Positions 27,121 to 36,723 of a DNA stretch of 55,115 nt are shown here, piece by piece (positions within the stretch are counted from its first letter, which is position 1; each line of letters opens with the position of its first letter). The notes beneath the pieces are model-generated. The model searched no databases and was not told where the DNA came from. It saw only the letters and a list, made by a program, of their open reading frames with translations. Source of the stretch: Candidatus Aminicenantes bacterium. Lineage in GTDB: Bacteria; Acidobacteriota; Aminicenantia; Aminicenantales; Aminicenantaceae. Location of the stretch: NCBI GenBank assembly GCA_030669305.1, contig DAOVDU010000004.1, positions 1 to 55,115 on the forward strand, written 5' to 3'. The position numbers and the translations under genes are program-made.

Positions 27121-27158
27121 ACTCCTCACTTCTTACTCCTTACTCCTAACTCCTTACT
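27121..27158. repeat. Degenerate heptamer tandem (ACTCCTN)n
   Basis: ACTCCTC ACTTCTT ACTCCTT ACTCCTA ACTCCTT. The same unit occurs at 31461-31484. Confidence 0.8.
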
Positions 27159-27185
27159 TTTTAATTAGTTTTGAATTTTGAGTTT

Positions 27186-28271
27186 TTAGAGGATTTCCCG
27201 AATAGCACCCCTCCTGCGTGTTATTCCCATCTGATCAAGAAGCTCTAAAAGAGGAATAACATACTTCCGAGTGAGCCCGGTCATCTTTTTAAAGTCGGAT
27301 ACAGTTAGTTCTTTCTTACCGGAATTGCGAACCTTCGAGATAATCTCCTCCAGCCATCGAGAATGAAGGAAAAATCCGTCCTTTCCCTGGACTATCTTTT
27401 TTCTCTCGATGAGGAGAGAGAGCATTACATTAAGCTTCTTTGTAGAAAGGTTAAAATACTCCTTTAAATATTTTAAAGAAACAGCCTGAAACTCTCCTTT
27501 AAGGCACATCTCTTCCATCTGGTTTAAAATCTCCTTTTCCTCAGGAAGAAGGGATATTTCAAAATCAAAAAGAGCCACTCTATTTTCAATCTCTTTTATC
27601 TTAGCCTCTCGAGAAAGATATCTAAGGGCCAAAGACAGAATTCTGGGATTCAGGTCAAATCTTTTCTGAATCCTGGCAAACGATGCTCCAAGCTCATCAG
27701 GATGTTTCTTATGGAATCTCGATAGAAAGGCAATAATTTGTTCACAGAGAAACTCAAAACTCGCCTGAGAGAGAAGAAAAAGCGGAGAAAAAGCAAGGAT
27801 TCTTATCTTCCCTTCTGCCTCTAAGCCCTGGCTAAAGCGAAGAATAGACTCTCTGGACAGAGGGGAATAACTGATGATTTCCCTCTCGGTCACACCATGT
27901 ATCCCCCGATAATGAACAACCGCGAAAATCATCTGTTTTTCATCCCCAAGAAGTTGCCGAAGAAAATTTTCTCTTTTCTTTATCTTTTTTGGGGGAATCT
28001 TTTCAGAAAGCGGATTAAGAACTTTCCCCTTACCCAATATTCCCAGTTTTCCTTTCTCTTCAATCTCAAACCTATCCATCCATCTCAAAAGGAGAGGTTG
28101 AGAAGACTGTACCATAACAAAAAAATGACCCTTCCCTTCTTCTTTTGCCTGGCCATAAAAAAAGAAAGAAGCAGGAATCTTTGTTCCCCGGATACAGAGC
28201 AGCGCATTCAAAGTCTGCTTTTCAGCAGATGGAGGAACATCAATAACAGCATCAAAACAAGAATTTTCCAA
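27186..28271 (-). CDS. SelB C-terminal (winged-helix, SECIS-binding) domain protein lacking the GTPase domain
   Basis: C-terminal LTVSDFKKMTGLTRKYVIPLLELLDQMGITRRRG is the SelB WH4 signature, and FHKKHP..G is a SelB WH motif. No GHVDHGK. TTG start lies 7 nt after AAGGAG. Confidence 0.8.
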   Translation of the reverse strand: MENSCFDAVIDVPPSAEKQTLNALLCIRGTKIPASFFFYGQAKEEGKGHFFVMVQSSQPLLLRWMDRFEIEEKGKLGILGKGKVLNPLSEKIPPKKIKKRENFLRQLLGDEKQMIFAVVHYRGIHGVTEREIISYSPLSRESILRFSQGLEAEGKIRILAFSPLFLLSQASFEFLCEQIIAFLSRFHKKHPDELGASFARIQKRFDLNPRILSLALRYLSREAKIKEIENRVALFDFEISLLPEEKEILNQMEEMCLKGEFQAVSLKYLKEYFNLSTKKLNVMLSLLIERKKIVQGKDGFFLHSRWLEEIISKVRNSGKKELTVSDFKKMTGLTRKYVIPLLELLDQMGITRRRGAIREIL

Positions 28272-28356
28272 TGGGCCACTCCTTTTTTGGCTTATATCTA
28301 AATTGAATATTTAATCATAGCTTTAAATTTTCAAATGTTCAAAGCAATATTTTCAA

Positions 28357-28511
28357 AATTCCAAAGCCCAAATCACAAATTCCAAATAAGCACCAAAATT
28401 CCAATGACAGAAACCTATATTGGTTTAAGGTTGAATGTTTAATGTTTAAAGATTAATAAAAAATGAAAAATATAAATACCTTAAACCTTAAACTTTAAAC
28501 CTTAAACTAAT
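28357..28511. repeat. Composite heptamer-palindrome element, copy C
   Basis: Outer arm CCAAATCACAAATTCC (28368-28383), inner left arm GGTTTAAGGTTGAATGTTTAATGTTTAA and exact 29-mer right arm at 28479-28507. Abuts the rnr stop codon. Confidence 0.9.
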
Positions 28512-30578
28512 CTATTTGGATTTTCCTGAAGAGAGTGTCAAAGTCATCCTCCTCAAGATAGGATCAACGGAAGCAAGGATGACTTTCAGCCTGTCTCCTA
28601 GCTCATATATCCTGCCTGTTCTCCTTCCGATAAGAGTTCTTTCTGATTTCCTAAAATAATAATCTCTGCCTAAATCACTAAAAGGAATTATTCCATCAAC
28701 AAAATAATCATTAAGTTCTACCACCAACCCCGCCCTCGAAACATCAACAATCACTCCTTCAAATTCATCCCCGAGTTTCCCCTTCAGGAATCGAAAAATC
28801 CTCCACTCTATAATATCTCGCTCAGCTTCACCTGCTTTTCTTTCCTGTTCGGAACAGTAAAGAGAAATCGCTGAGAGTGAGGAGGCTTTCGCTTTTTCTT
28901 GCCTGAGGGCACTTTTTAAGATCCGATGAACAGCCAAATCTGGATAACGCCGAATAGGAGAAGTGAAGTGAGTATACTCTCTTTTTGCAAGCCCATAATG
29001 CCCCTCATTCTCATCAGAATAAACAGCAAGTCTAAGGCTTTTGAGCACTTGTAAAGTAATAAATTTTTCTTCAGATTTTCCTTCTGCTTGTTTTAAAGCA
29101 CTCTGCAAATTTATTGACTTAATTTTCTTTGGAAGTGGGAGATAAATGTGAAAATGACTCAACATTTCCCGAAGCCTTTCCAGGTCTTCCAAAGCAGGAG
29201 GAGGATGAACCCTGAATATCAAGGGAATATCCTTCCCAAAAAGAAAAACAGCTACTGCTTCGTTAGCAGCGACCATGAATTCTTCTATAATCTGATGTGC
29301 TTCGTTTGTCTCGAACAGCACTACTGAATGGAGGGTTCCCTCTTTATACACAAGCTCCGGCTCCGCAAGGTCAAAATCAAGGCTCCCTTTCCCTAACCTT
29401 TCCTTACGCAGTAGGCGTGCCAAGTCCCGCATCCGAAATAAATCAGGAACTATATAGGAATATCTGTTCCGCTCTCGCTCATCCTCTTCAAGTATCTTGT
29501 AGACAGAATCATAGGTCATTCTCTCTCTAGTGCGGATCAAAGAAGGATGAAATTCAGTCTTTAAAACTTTCCCTTCTGCACTAATTTCAAGCAAAACAGA
29601 TAAAGTCAATCTTTCCTCTCTTGGCCTCAGGCTGCAAACATTGTTGGAAAGCTTCTCAGGAAGCATAGGAAGAGTCAAATCCGGGAAGTAGATGCTTGTT
29701 CCTCTCAAATAGGCTTCCTTATCCACGCATGATCCGGGTCTGACATAATGAGAAACATCAGCAATATGGACACCGAGAAGAAAATGCCCGTTTTTCAACT
29801 TCTTGATACTTACTGCATCATCAAAGTCCTGGGCGTTTTCGCCATCAATTGTTACTGTCAGCCAGCTTCTGTAATCTACTCTATCATTTCTTTCCTTCAA
29901 AGCAACTTCAGCAGAAACTTCCTCTGCCTCTTTCAGGGCCTCTTTTGAGAATGAGGAAGCCAGGTTATATCTCTTAAATACAACCTTTGTATCCACACCT
30001 TGATCATCAGGCAGTCCAAGGATCTGTTTCAAACTCAAGTTGTCTCTTTCAACCTCAACAATCATCCCGGGCTGAGGAGAAAGAGATGGGCTTTGTGTTA
30101 TCGGAATCTCCACTGAGAAAGGAGAGTCTAAAGGAAGAAAAAATGCTTGTCCCCCTTTTTCTCTGTAAAGACCTATCAAGCTCTTCTTTTCTTTTTTTAA
30201 TATCCTGACAACCTTTCCCTCAGGTTTCCCCTTTTTCCCCTTTTCCCTGTAAAATACTTCAACAACATCCCCACGTTGTGCTCCGCCTGAATATCGTGCT
30301 GGAATGAAGATATCTTCCAGTGAATCCTCATCTGGGCTGACAAATCCATAGCCTCTCAAAGAAGCGATAAATCTTCCCCTAGTAATATTCGATCTTGGAG
30401 CAATGAAATACTTGCTTTTTAACCTGAGAATAGCCCCCTGGCTTTCCATCTTTTTTAACTTTTTCTTTAACAATACTTTTTCTTTAGGTGAAAGGCCCAG
30501 TTCTCTGGCAATTCTTGCAAAATTCAAGCCTTCCCTGCGTTTTCTTAGGAGGAAAAAAATCTGTCTGACCATAACCAT
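28512..30578 (-). CDS. rnr: Ribonuclease R
   Basis: TIDGENAQDFDDA, HIADVSHYV and YTHFTSPIRRYPDL, with an N-terminal HTH/CSD and a C-terminal S1 domain. Confidence 0.95.
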   Translation of the reverse strand: MVMVRQIFFLLRKRREGLNFARIARELGLSPKEKVLLKKKLKKMESQGAILRLKSKYFIAPRSNITRGRFIASLRGYGFVSPDEDSLEDIFIPARYSGGAQRGDVVEVFYREKGKKGKPEGKVVRILKKEKKSLIGLYREKGGQAFFLPLDSPFSVEIPITQSPSLSPQPGMIVEVERDNLSLKQILGLPDDQGVDTKVVFKRYNLASSFSKEALKEAEEVSAEVALKERNDRVDYRSWLTVTIDGENAQDFDDAVSIKKLKNGHFLLGVHIADVSHYVRPGSCVDKEAYLRGTSIYFPDLTLPMLPEKLSNNVCSLRPREERLTLSVLLEISAEGKVLKTEFHPSLIRTRERMTYDSVYKILEEDERERNRYSYIVPDLFRMRDLARLLRKERLGKGSLDFDLAEPELVYKEGTLHSVVLFETNEAHQIIEEFMVAANEAVAVFLFGKDIPLIFRVHPPPALEDLERLREMLSHFHIYLPLPKKIKSINLQSALKQAEGKSEEKFITLQVLKSLRLAVYSDENEGHYGLAKREYTHFTSPIRRYPDLAVHRILKSALRQEKAKASSLSAISLYCSEQERKAGEAERDIIEWRIFRFLKGKLGDEFEGVIVDVSRAGLVVELNDYFVDGIIPFSDLGRDYYFRKSERTLIGRRTGRIYELGDRLKVILASVDPILRRMTLTLSSGKSK

Positions 30579-30580
30579 GT

Positions 30581-31210
30581 TTAATAATAATAAAGCGAAA
30601 TATGCGGGATTTTATACTTTTCTCTTACGTATTTTACCAACTTAATCCTGAAAATCCTACTGAATTCTTCATCATCCTTGAATCTATATCTAACTTCTAC
30701 CTCCTTCTTGATCTCTTCTCTTACCTCATTAGAGGCATTCTTCAAGAGAAGCTCTTCTATTTCTCGCTCCAGATGTTCAAGCTCTTCTTCATCAATAATT
30801 CCCTGAGATGCCATTTTCTGGACGCGAGAATATATGCCCCTCAAATATCCGATCTTGTCAGAGCTGAACTCTAAAAATCTTTTAACTGCAAACTCCATTC
30901 TCTCTTTTTTATTATCCATTTTCTCTGGTTTTCTTATGTCTCCAACTTTTCTCTCTCTATAAAGATCATACGCCTTAAAGACATGGGGATTACAGAAAGC
31001 TAGAGAAAGGATTTTACCCTTTCTTCCTGACCGCATCCTATAATTTTCGAAAGAACTTTTTATCCCTTCCAGGACTACACGAAGAGGAATTTCCATTTTT
31101 TCCCACTTTGCAATAAGATCGACTTCTTTTGACGAAAGAAAAAAGGGAGCGCCACGCTGCTCGAAGAAACGGTGTGCAATCGTTTGAAAATATCTGCTTC
31201 TTTTATCCAT
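30581..31210 (-). CDS. Conserved hypothetical protein (possible DnaD-like N-terminal domain)
   Basis: YF..IAHRF..RG....LS.KE..LI..W...IPL.VV..GI. The start is placed at ATG 31210 because the longer call runs into the repeat element. Confidence 0.7.
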   Translation of the reverse strand: MDKRSRYFQTIAHRFFEQRGAPFFLSSKEVDLIAKWEKMEIPLRVVLEGIKSSFENYRMRSGRKGKILSLAFCNPHVFKAYDLYRERKVGDIRKPEKMDNKKERMEFAVKRFLEFSSDKIGYLRGIYSRVQKMASQGIIDEEELEHLEREIEELLLKNASNEVREEIKKEVEVRYRFKDDEEFSRIFRIKLVKYVREKYKIPHISLYYY

Positions 31211-31228
31211 TAATATCCCATGTAATAA

Positions 31229-31454
31229 ATCCAAATACCAAACAAGCACCAAAACCCCAATGACCGAAAACTATATAGGTCTAAGGTTGAATGTTTAATG
31301 TTTAAGGATTTATAATAAATTAAAAATATTTATACCTTAAACCTTAAACTTTAATCCTTAAACTAATTCGTATGGAATTTGTGATTTGGAATTTTAATAT
31401 TAGCCATAAGCAAACTACCAAATGTAACTTTGGAGCAATAGACGCTTACCCACA
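31229..31454. repeat. Composite heptamer-palindrome element, compact copy B
   Basis: Matches copy A without the 211-bp insert. GGAATTTGTGATTTGG (31374-31389) is the exact reverse complement of 28368-28383. Confidence 0.92.
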
Positions 31455-31506
31455 CACATTACTCCTCACTCCTTACTCCTTACTGAAACTGTAACTGCAT
31501 TCCGCC

Positions 31507-32274
31507 CTATTCTCTGTTTCTCTCATGAAGGATTCTGAGGCCTTCCAGGACAAGAAAAGGCTCATGAAAATCAATGAATTCAATCTCCTTGTGAATTTCT
31601 ACAGCAAAGCTTCCTGTAGATACGACTTTTGTATCTCTTCCTAGTTCACGTTTGATTTCTTTAATGATGTTGGAGACTAGACCGATGTATCCAAAATAGA
31701 GGCCTGATTGCATACTGGTTACAGTAGTACGTCCAACTGCCTCCTTTGGCTTTTTTATCTCTATTCGGGGAAGTTTAGCCGTTTTGAGATATAGGGCTTC
31801 AGCAGAGATTTGAATTCCAGGAGCAATAGCCCCTCCCAGATACTCGCCTGTGGAGGAAATTGCATCAAAAGTTGTGGCTGTCCCGAAATCAACCACAATT
31901 GAAGGGCCTCCAAACTTATCAAACACCGCAATAGATGCAACCACCCTGTCTGCCCCCACTTCCTGGGGGTTCTCATAAAGAATGGCCAACCCGGTTCTCA
32001 GCCCTGGCCCTACCACAAGCGGTCTAATCTGAAACAGGCTTCGGCATACATTCTGAAAAACAGGAGTCAAAGGGGGAACAACACTAGAGATAATAACAGA
32101 TTTTATGCTTGCGGCCTCAAGGCCTGACAAGGAAAGCAAGTTCAATAGAGTAATTGCATATTCATCGCAGGTCTTCTCCTGTACCGCTTTTATCTTCCAA
32201 TTCTTGATTAATTCTTTTTCCTGGAAAACACCCAGGGCAACATTGGTATTGCCGATATCTATTGCTAATAACAT
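31507..32274 (-). CDS. coaX: Type III pantothenate kinase
   Basis: AIDIGNTN, VGADR, VVDFGTATT and GGAIAPG. Confidence 0.95.
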   Translation of the reverse strand: MLLAIDIGNTNVALGVFQEKELIKNWKIKAVQEKTCDEYAITLLNLLSLSGLEAASIKSVIISSVVPPLTPVFQNVCRSLFQIRPLVVGPGLRTGLAILYENPQEVGADRVVASIAVFDKFGGPSIVVDFGTATTFDAISSTGEYLGGAIAPGIQISAEALYLKTAKLPRIEIKKPKEAVGRTTVTSMQSGLYFGYIGLVSNIIKEIKRELGRDTKVVSTGSFAVEIHKEIEFIDFHEPFLVLEGLRILHERNRE

Positions 32275-32275
32275 G

Positions 32276-33034
32276 TTAATCCTCCTTTATCATGCCCTTA
32301 ATCGTTTGTATTTCAGCTGCACAGAAGTTTCTTTTTTTTCCCTTTCTTTCCAGAATCAAGCTGCCGCGTGAATCGATTCCTCTATAAACTCCTGAGGTAT
32401 GTCCATCTTCCATGATAACAGTAACTTCTTTTCCCAGAGGAATAACTGAATGCTCTTGAAACATATGGACAATCTTCCTCTCATCCCCCTGTGAAAAAAT
32501 ACTGTACCATCGATCTATAGCCTTCCAGAGCTCTTCGAGAAGGGCCTCTTCGTCGATTTCTCTTTTGAATATCATCTTTAAGGAAACGGCAAACAAGCGA
32601 ATGTCCCCGGGAAAATCTTCCTTCAAGTGATTGATGTTCAGGCCTATTCCTAGAATAACATAATTTAATTTATTCCCCAAAAAACTGCTTTCACAGAGAA
32701 TACCACCCAGTTTTCTCTTGTTCCAGATTATATCGTTAGGCCATTTGAGGCGGACCCGAATCCCAACTGAGTCAAAGACCGCATCCCTTACTGCTAACCC
32801 GGCCAAAAGCGGAAGGAGAGAAATATCATCTTTGGATGGACGAAGAATAACAGATATGTACAGTCCCTTTTTGCTTCCAGAAAACCACTCTCGTCCTTTC
32901 CTGCCCTTCCCTTGTGTCTGTTCCTCAGAGATGACAACTGTTCCTTCCTCCTCACCTCCAATCGCCAGTTCTCTGGCAATATCATTGGTAGAGGAGCAGG
33001 ATTCAACCCTGAAAATTTTCTCGCCAATTTTCAT
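32276..33034 (-). CDS. birA: Biotin-protein ligase (no HTH)
   Basis: SSTND, QTQGKGRKGREW, LKWPND and KLGGIL. Confidence 0.94.
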   Translation of the reverse strand: MKIGEKIFRVESCSSTNDIARELAIGGEEEGTVVISEEQTQGKGRKGREWFSGSKKGLYISVILRPSKDDISLLPLLAGLAVRDAVFDSVGIRVRLKWPNDIIWNKRKLGGILCESSFLGNKLNYVILGIGLNINHLKEDFPGDIRLFAVSLKMIFKREIDEEALLEELWKAIDRWYSIFSQGDERKIVHMFQEHSVIPLGKEVTVIMEDGHTSGVYRGIDSRGSLILERKGKKRNFCAAEIQTIKGMIKED

Positions 33035-33041
33035 GATCTTT

Positions 33042-33185
33042 TCAGTTAGTCAGTTAATCTGTTAGTCTGTCTGTCAGTTATCTATTTTAAATTAAAAAAT
33101 GACAATATGAAACAAGCAACTCTTTAAAAAAAATGAAAATGTCTGAATTATCGACCAACAGAGAAACGGATTAACTGACTAACGG
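33042..33185. repeat. Octamer-unit inverted repeat (TCWGTTAR / YTAACWGA)
   Basis: Left arm TCAGTTAG TCAGTTAA TCTGTTAG TCTGTCTG TCAGTTA. Right arm CCAACAGA GAAACGGA TTAACTGA CTAACGG. Same family as 52121-52247. Confidence 0.8.
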
Positions 33186-33189
33186 TTTT

Positions 33190-35832
33190 TTAAATAAGGG
33201 ATACAATATGTTCCAGGTTCTCTTTCAACTTAGTTCTCTTCTCCTCAAGCTCATACAGCCTTGTTTTGGTCTCTCGAACGAGATCCTCTGGAGCCCTATT
33301 AAGGAAATTTTCATTTCTAAGCCTATCTTCGATTTTTTCTACTTCTAAATTTATCTTCGAGATCTCTTTTTCTAGCCTTTTTCTCTCTTGATCAAAATCT
33401 ATCAGACCTTCCTCTAGGGGAATAGCAATTTCCCAGGAACCAGCTACTCCTTTTAAAAGCTTTTCTTCCTGAGGAAAATCACTGAGAATATCAACATTTC
33501 GAACATTAGCCAGCGTTTGAAAATAATCCTGGTGCTCGCGAACTACATGTTTTTCTTCTTCTTTGTTAGTCTTTATCCAAAGATTGATTTTCTTGTTGGG
33601 GGGGATTCTATTCTCTGCTTTTATGGTTCGGACCTCAACGACAGCATCCTGAAGAAGGCTCATCATTGCTTCAACATCCTCGTTCTTCAATTCCTCTTGT
33701 ACTTGAGGAAAAACAGCAACTGCTATAGATTTCCCTGCCGAAGGAAGGTGCTGCCAGATCTCTTCAGTCACGAACGGCATGAAAGGATGGAGAAGCTTTA
33801 ATATCTGATCCAATGTATCAACCAGAACAGCCTGGCTCGTCTTATTTCCTTCCTTTAGGCTTGGCTTGACCAATTCAACATACCAATCACAAAATTCATG
33901 CCAAATGAAATGGTATATTTTGTCAGCTGCCTCATAAAATTTATATTGTTCTAATGCGGTATTCATTTCTTCGACTATCCTAACCAGCCTGCTTCTGATC
34001 CATTTATCAGCCAATGTCAGGTTTTCCTCCTTTACTTCCAGCTCATCCTCTTCCAGGTTCATCAAAACAAAACGGGATGCATTCCAGATTTTGTTTATAA
34101 AAGCCCGATAGCCAGCCATCCGTTCCTCAGAAAGAGAAATATCCATGCCGGGAATAGCTAGCGCAGCCATAGTGAATCTCAAAGCGTCTGTGCCATATTT
34201 TTCGATCATTTCAAGAGGATCAATGATATTCCCTTCTGACTTGCTCATCTTCCGTCTTTTAAAATCTCTAACCAAACCGTTGATAAAGACATGGCGAAAG
34301 GGAATATCTCCCATGAATTTAAGGCTCATCATGATCATCCTGGCCACCCAGAAAAAGATGATGTCAAAGCCGGTGGACATAAGATCTGTGGGATAGAAGT
34401 TTTTTAAATCCTCGGTTTCTTCAGGCCATCCCATCGTCGCAAAAGGCCAGAGGGCGGAACTGAACCAAGTATCAAGAACGTCTTCTTCTTGAACAAGGCT
34501 TTCTTTTTGGCATTTACCACACTTTTTTGGAGCCTCCATTCCGACAATCACTTCTCCACACTCCTGACAGTACCAAGCAGGAATTCTGTGCCCCCACCAA
34601 AGCTGGCGGGATATACACCAGTCATGGATATTGTACATCCACTCAAAATAGGTCTTTGCCCAGTTGGGCGGAATGAATTCAGTCTTTTCTTCCTCGACTA
34701 CTCGAATGGCTTCCTTAGCCAGAGGACCAACCTTGACAAACCACTGCCAGGATAAATGGGGTTCAATGATAGTCTTACAACGGTAGCAGTGACCCACAGC
34801 ATGAAAATAATCCTCGACTTTCTCAAGCAAACCCTTTTCTTTAAGCTTTGATAGGACATGTTCTCGGGCTTCAAACCTATCCAATCCTTGGAATTCTTCT
34901 CCTGCTGCTTCGGTCATCTTCCCTGATCCGTCAATCACGATTACTTGTTCGAGATTGTGGAGCTTCCCCAACCCAAAATCCACAGGATCATGAGCTGGAG
35001 TTACCTTCACCGCTCCTGTTCCGAATTCCCTCTCCACTCTCTCGTCAACAATGACAGGAATCTCCCTGTTGACTATGGGGAGGAGTATTTTCTTTCCCTT
35101 TAGCCTAGCGTAGCGTTCATCCTCAGGATGAACGGCAACTGCGGTATCTCCAAGCATAGTTTCTGGACGGGTTGTTGCAACAACGATATACTCATCAAAA
35201 TCGATAAGAGGATATTTGATGTAATAAAGTTTAGCCTTTAGTTCTTTATGCTCAATTTCGATATCTGAAAGAACGGTTCCGCAGTGAGGACACCTGTTCA
35301 CAAGATAATAATCTCTGTAGATAAGTCCTTCCTTATAGAGATCAACAAAAACTTTCCTTACAGCCTTAGAAAAACCTTCATCTAGTGTAAATCTTTCTCT
35401 CGTCCAATCCAGAGAAGCTCCAAGCTTTTTGAGCTGGTCAATGATTACTCCGCCGTATTTTTCTTTCCAATCCCAGGCAACTTTAAGGAATTCCTCTCGG
35501 CCGATTTTCTCCCTTGTCAAACCCTTCTTTGCCAAGCTCTGTTCAATCACGTTGTGAACTGCAATGCTTGCATGATCAGTGCCTGGAAGCCAGAGGGTAT
35601 TGTATCCCTGCATCCTTTTCCACCGAACGATGATATCGGGCAGAGTGAAGCAGAGAGCATGCCCCATGTGAAGAGAGCCGGTCACGTTCGGAGGGGGAAG
35701 GACCATAGAAAACTTTTTCTTCGAAGAAGGCATCTCGGCCACAAAGAGACCCTCCTCCATCCAGAATTTCAACCACTTTTCTTCAACAGGCTTAGGATCA
35801 TAAACTTTTTCTAAAACTAATTTTTCCTTCAT
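33190..35832 (-). CDS. valS: Valine--tRNA ligase
   Basis: PPPNVTGSLHMGHA, DWCISRQLWWGH, KMSKS and C-terminal coiled coil. Confidence 0.97.
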   Translation of the reverse strand: MKEKLVLEKVYDPKPVEEKWLKFWMEEGLFVAEMPSSKKKFSMVLPPPNVTGSLHMGHALCFTLPDIIVRWKRMQGYNTLWLPGTDHASIAVHNVIEQSLAKKGLTREKIGREEFLKVAWDWKEKYGGVIIDQLKKLGASLDWTRERFTLDEGFSKAVRKVFVDLYKEGLIYRDYYLVNRCPHCGTVLSDIEIEHKELKAKLYYIKYPLIDFDEYIVVATTRPETMLGDTAVAVHPEDERYARLKGKKILLPIVNREIPVIVDERVEREFGTGAVKVTPAHDPVDFGLGKLHNLEQVIVIDGSGKMTEAAGEEFQGLDRFEAREHVLSKLKEKGLLEKVEDYFHAVGHCYRCKTIIEPHLSWQWFVKVGPLAKEAIRVVEEEKTEFIPPNWAKTYFEWMYNIHDWCISRQLWWGHRIPAWYCQECGEVIVGMEAPKKCGKCQKESLVQEEDVLDTWFSSALWPFATMGWPEETEDLKNFYPTDLMSTGFDIIFFWVARMIMMSLKFMGDIPFRHVFINGLVRDFKRRKMSKSEGNIIDPLEMIEKYGTDALRFTMAALAIPGMDISLSEERMAGYRAFINKIWNASRFVLMNLEEDELEVKEENLTLADKWIRSRLVRIVEEMNTALEQYKFYEAADKIYHFIWHEFCDWYVELVKPSLKEGNKTSQAVLVDTLDQILKLLHPFMPFVTEEIWQHLPSAGKSIAVAVFPQVQEELKNEDVEAMMSLLQDAVVEVRTIKAENRIPPNKKINLWIKTNKEEEKHVVREHQDYFQTLANVRNVDILSDFPQEEKLLKGVAGSWEIAIPLEEGLIDFDQERKRLEKEISKINLEVEKIEDRLRNENFLNRAPEDLVRETKTRLYELEEKRTKLKENLEHIVSLI

Positions 35833-35977
35833 AATTCAATCCATAGCTAGAAAAGCTAGAAAGGCAATCTTTTTCTTTCTATTCCACCTTCACTTCTCTA
35901 CATTCTCGATCATTCGCTATTTTATCAAGTTAATAAATATTTTTCTTCTTTTTATTACTGCTCTCTGCCTCCTGATT

Positions 35978-36061
35978 CTGTCGCCTTGTCACCGTTTCAC
36001 CCTGTTATCCCTTTCTTATTTAAATAAATCTGCCTACTGCTTACTGCCCACTGCCTGTTGC
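35978..36061. repeat. Degenerate 8-mer and 7-mer tandem tracts
   Basis: CTGTCGCC TTGTCACC GTTTCACC CTGTTATC, then CTGCCTA CTGCTTA CTGCCCA CTGCCTG. Confidence 0.6.
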
Positions 36062-36619
36062 TCACTTGTTTTTAAGATGTTCCTTAATCTCTGCAAGAAT
36101 GCGGGCCTTGATTCTCTTTTCCAATTCTCTTTCAACACCAAGAATTTCCTCTCTAACCAAATCTTTTACTTTCTCATCAAACTCTACTTTCACCTCAGGA
36201 TCAGAAATTTCGTCCAGGATAGGTTCTTCAGGAAGAGTTAAAGGAATTTTTCTCCCCTCAATAATACTCCGGACCATTTGGACTAAACCTTCGGAATCAA
36301 AAGGTTCATGTATCAATTTGTCATAATCTATGCTGGCAATTCTTTCCTTATCGAGAGGCTCAAAAGCCCCTTTTAGCAAAATAAGAGGTGTCTGACTGAA
36401 TTGCTCCTTGCTTTTCAAATAAGAGCCTACCTCATAGCCATCCTTGTGAGGAAGCGATAGGTTCAGAAGAATGGCATCAGGTTTTATTTCACTGATAGAT
36501 TTCATGACCTCCCTGCCATCTGCAAAAGAAAAGATTTCGAACTCTGTTTCCGGGAAAGCCATCTTGATGACTCTCTGGATGGAAGGGCTATCATCTGCAA
36601 CAATCAATCTGTACGCCAT
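36062..36619 (-). CDS. Response-regulator receiver-like protein (pseudo-receiver) with a C-terminal helical tail
   Basis: IVADDS, PDAILLNLSLP..DG. ATG at 36619. Confidence 0.82.
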   Translation of the reverse strand: MAYRLIVADDSPSIQRVIKMAFPETEFEIFSFADGREVMKSISEIKPDAILLNLSLPHKDGYEVGSYLKSKEQFSQTPLILLKGAFEPLDKERIASIDYDKLIHEPFDSEGLVQMVRSIIEGRKIPLTLPEEPILDEISDPEVKVEFDEKVKDLVREEILGVERELEKRIKARILAEIKEHLKNK

Positions 36620-36723
36620 CTCAAAACTCACATCAGAATCCCCCTTCAATTAACATTTTTCTCACCCACTGTCAACGGAAAAGAGAACCTTTAAATTTAA
36701 CCGGCATAACAGAATAAACGGAT

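Noticed and set aside
35840-35895. T-box antiterminator upstream of valS (minus strand GAAGGTGGAATAGAAAG...CTTTCTAG)
   Set aside because: The bulge is UGGAA rather than UGGNACC, and no stem I/specifier loop or clear terminator is visible.
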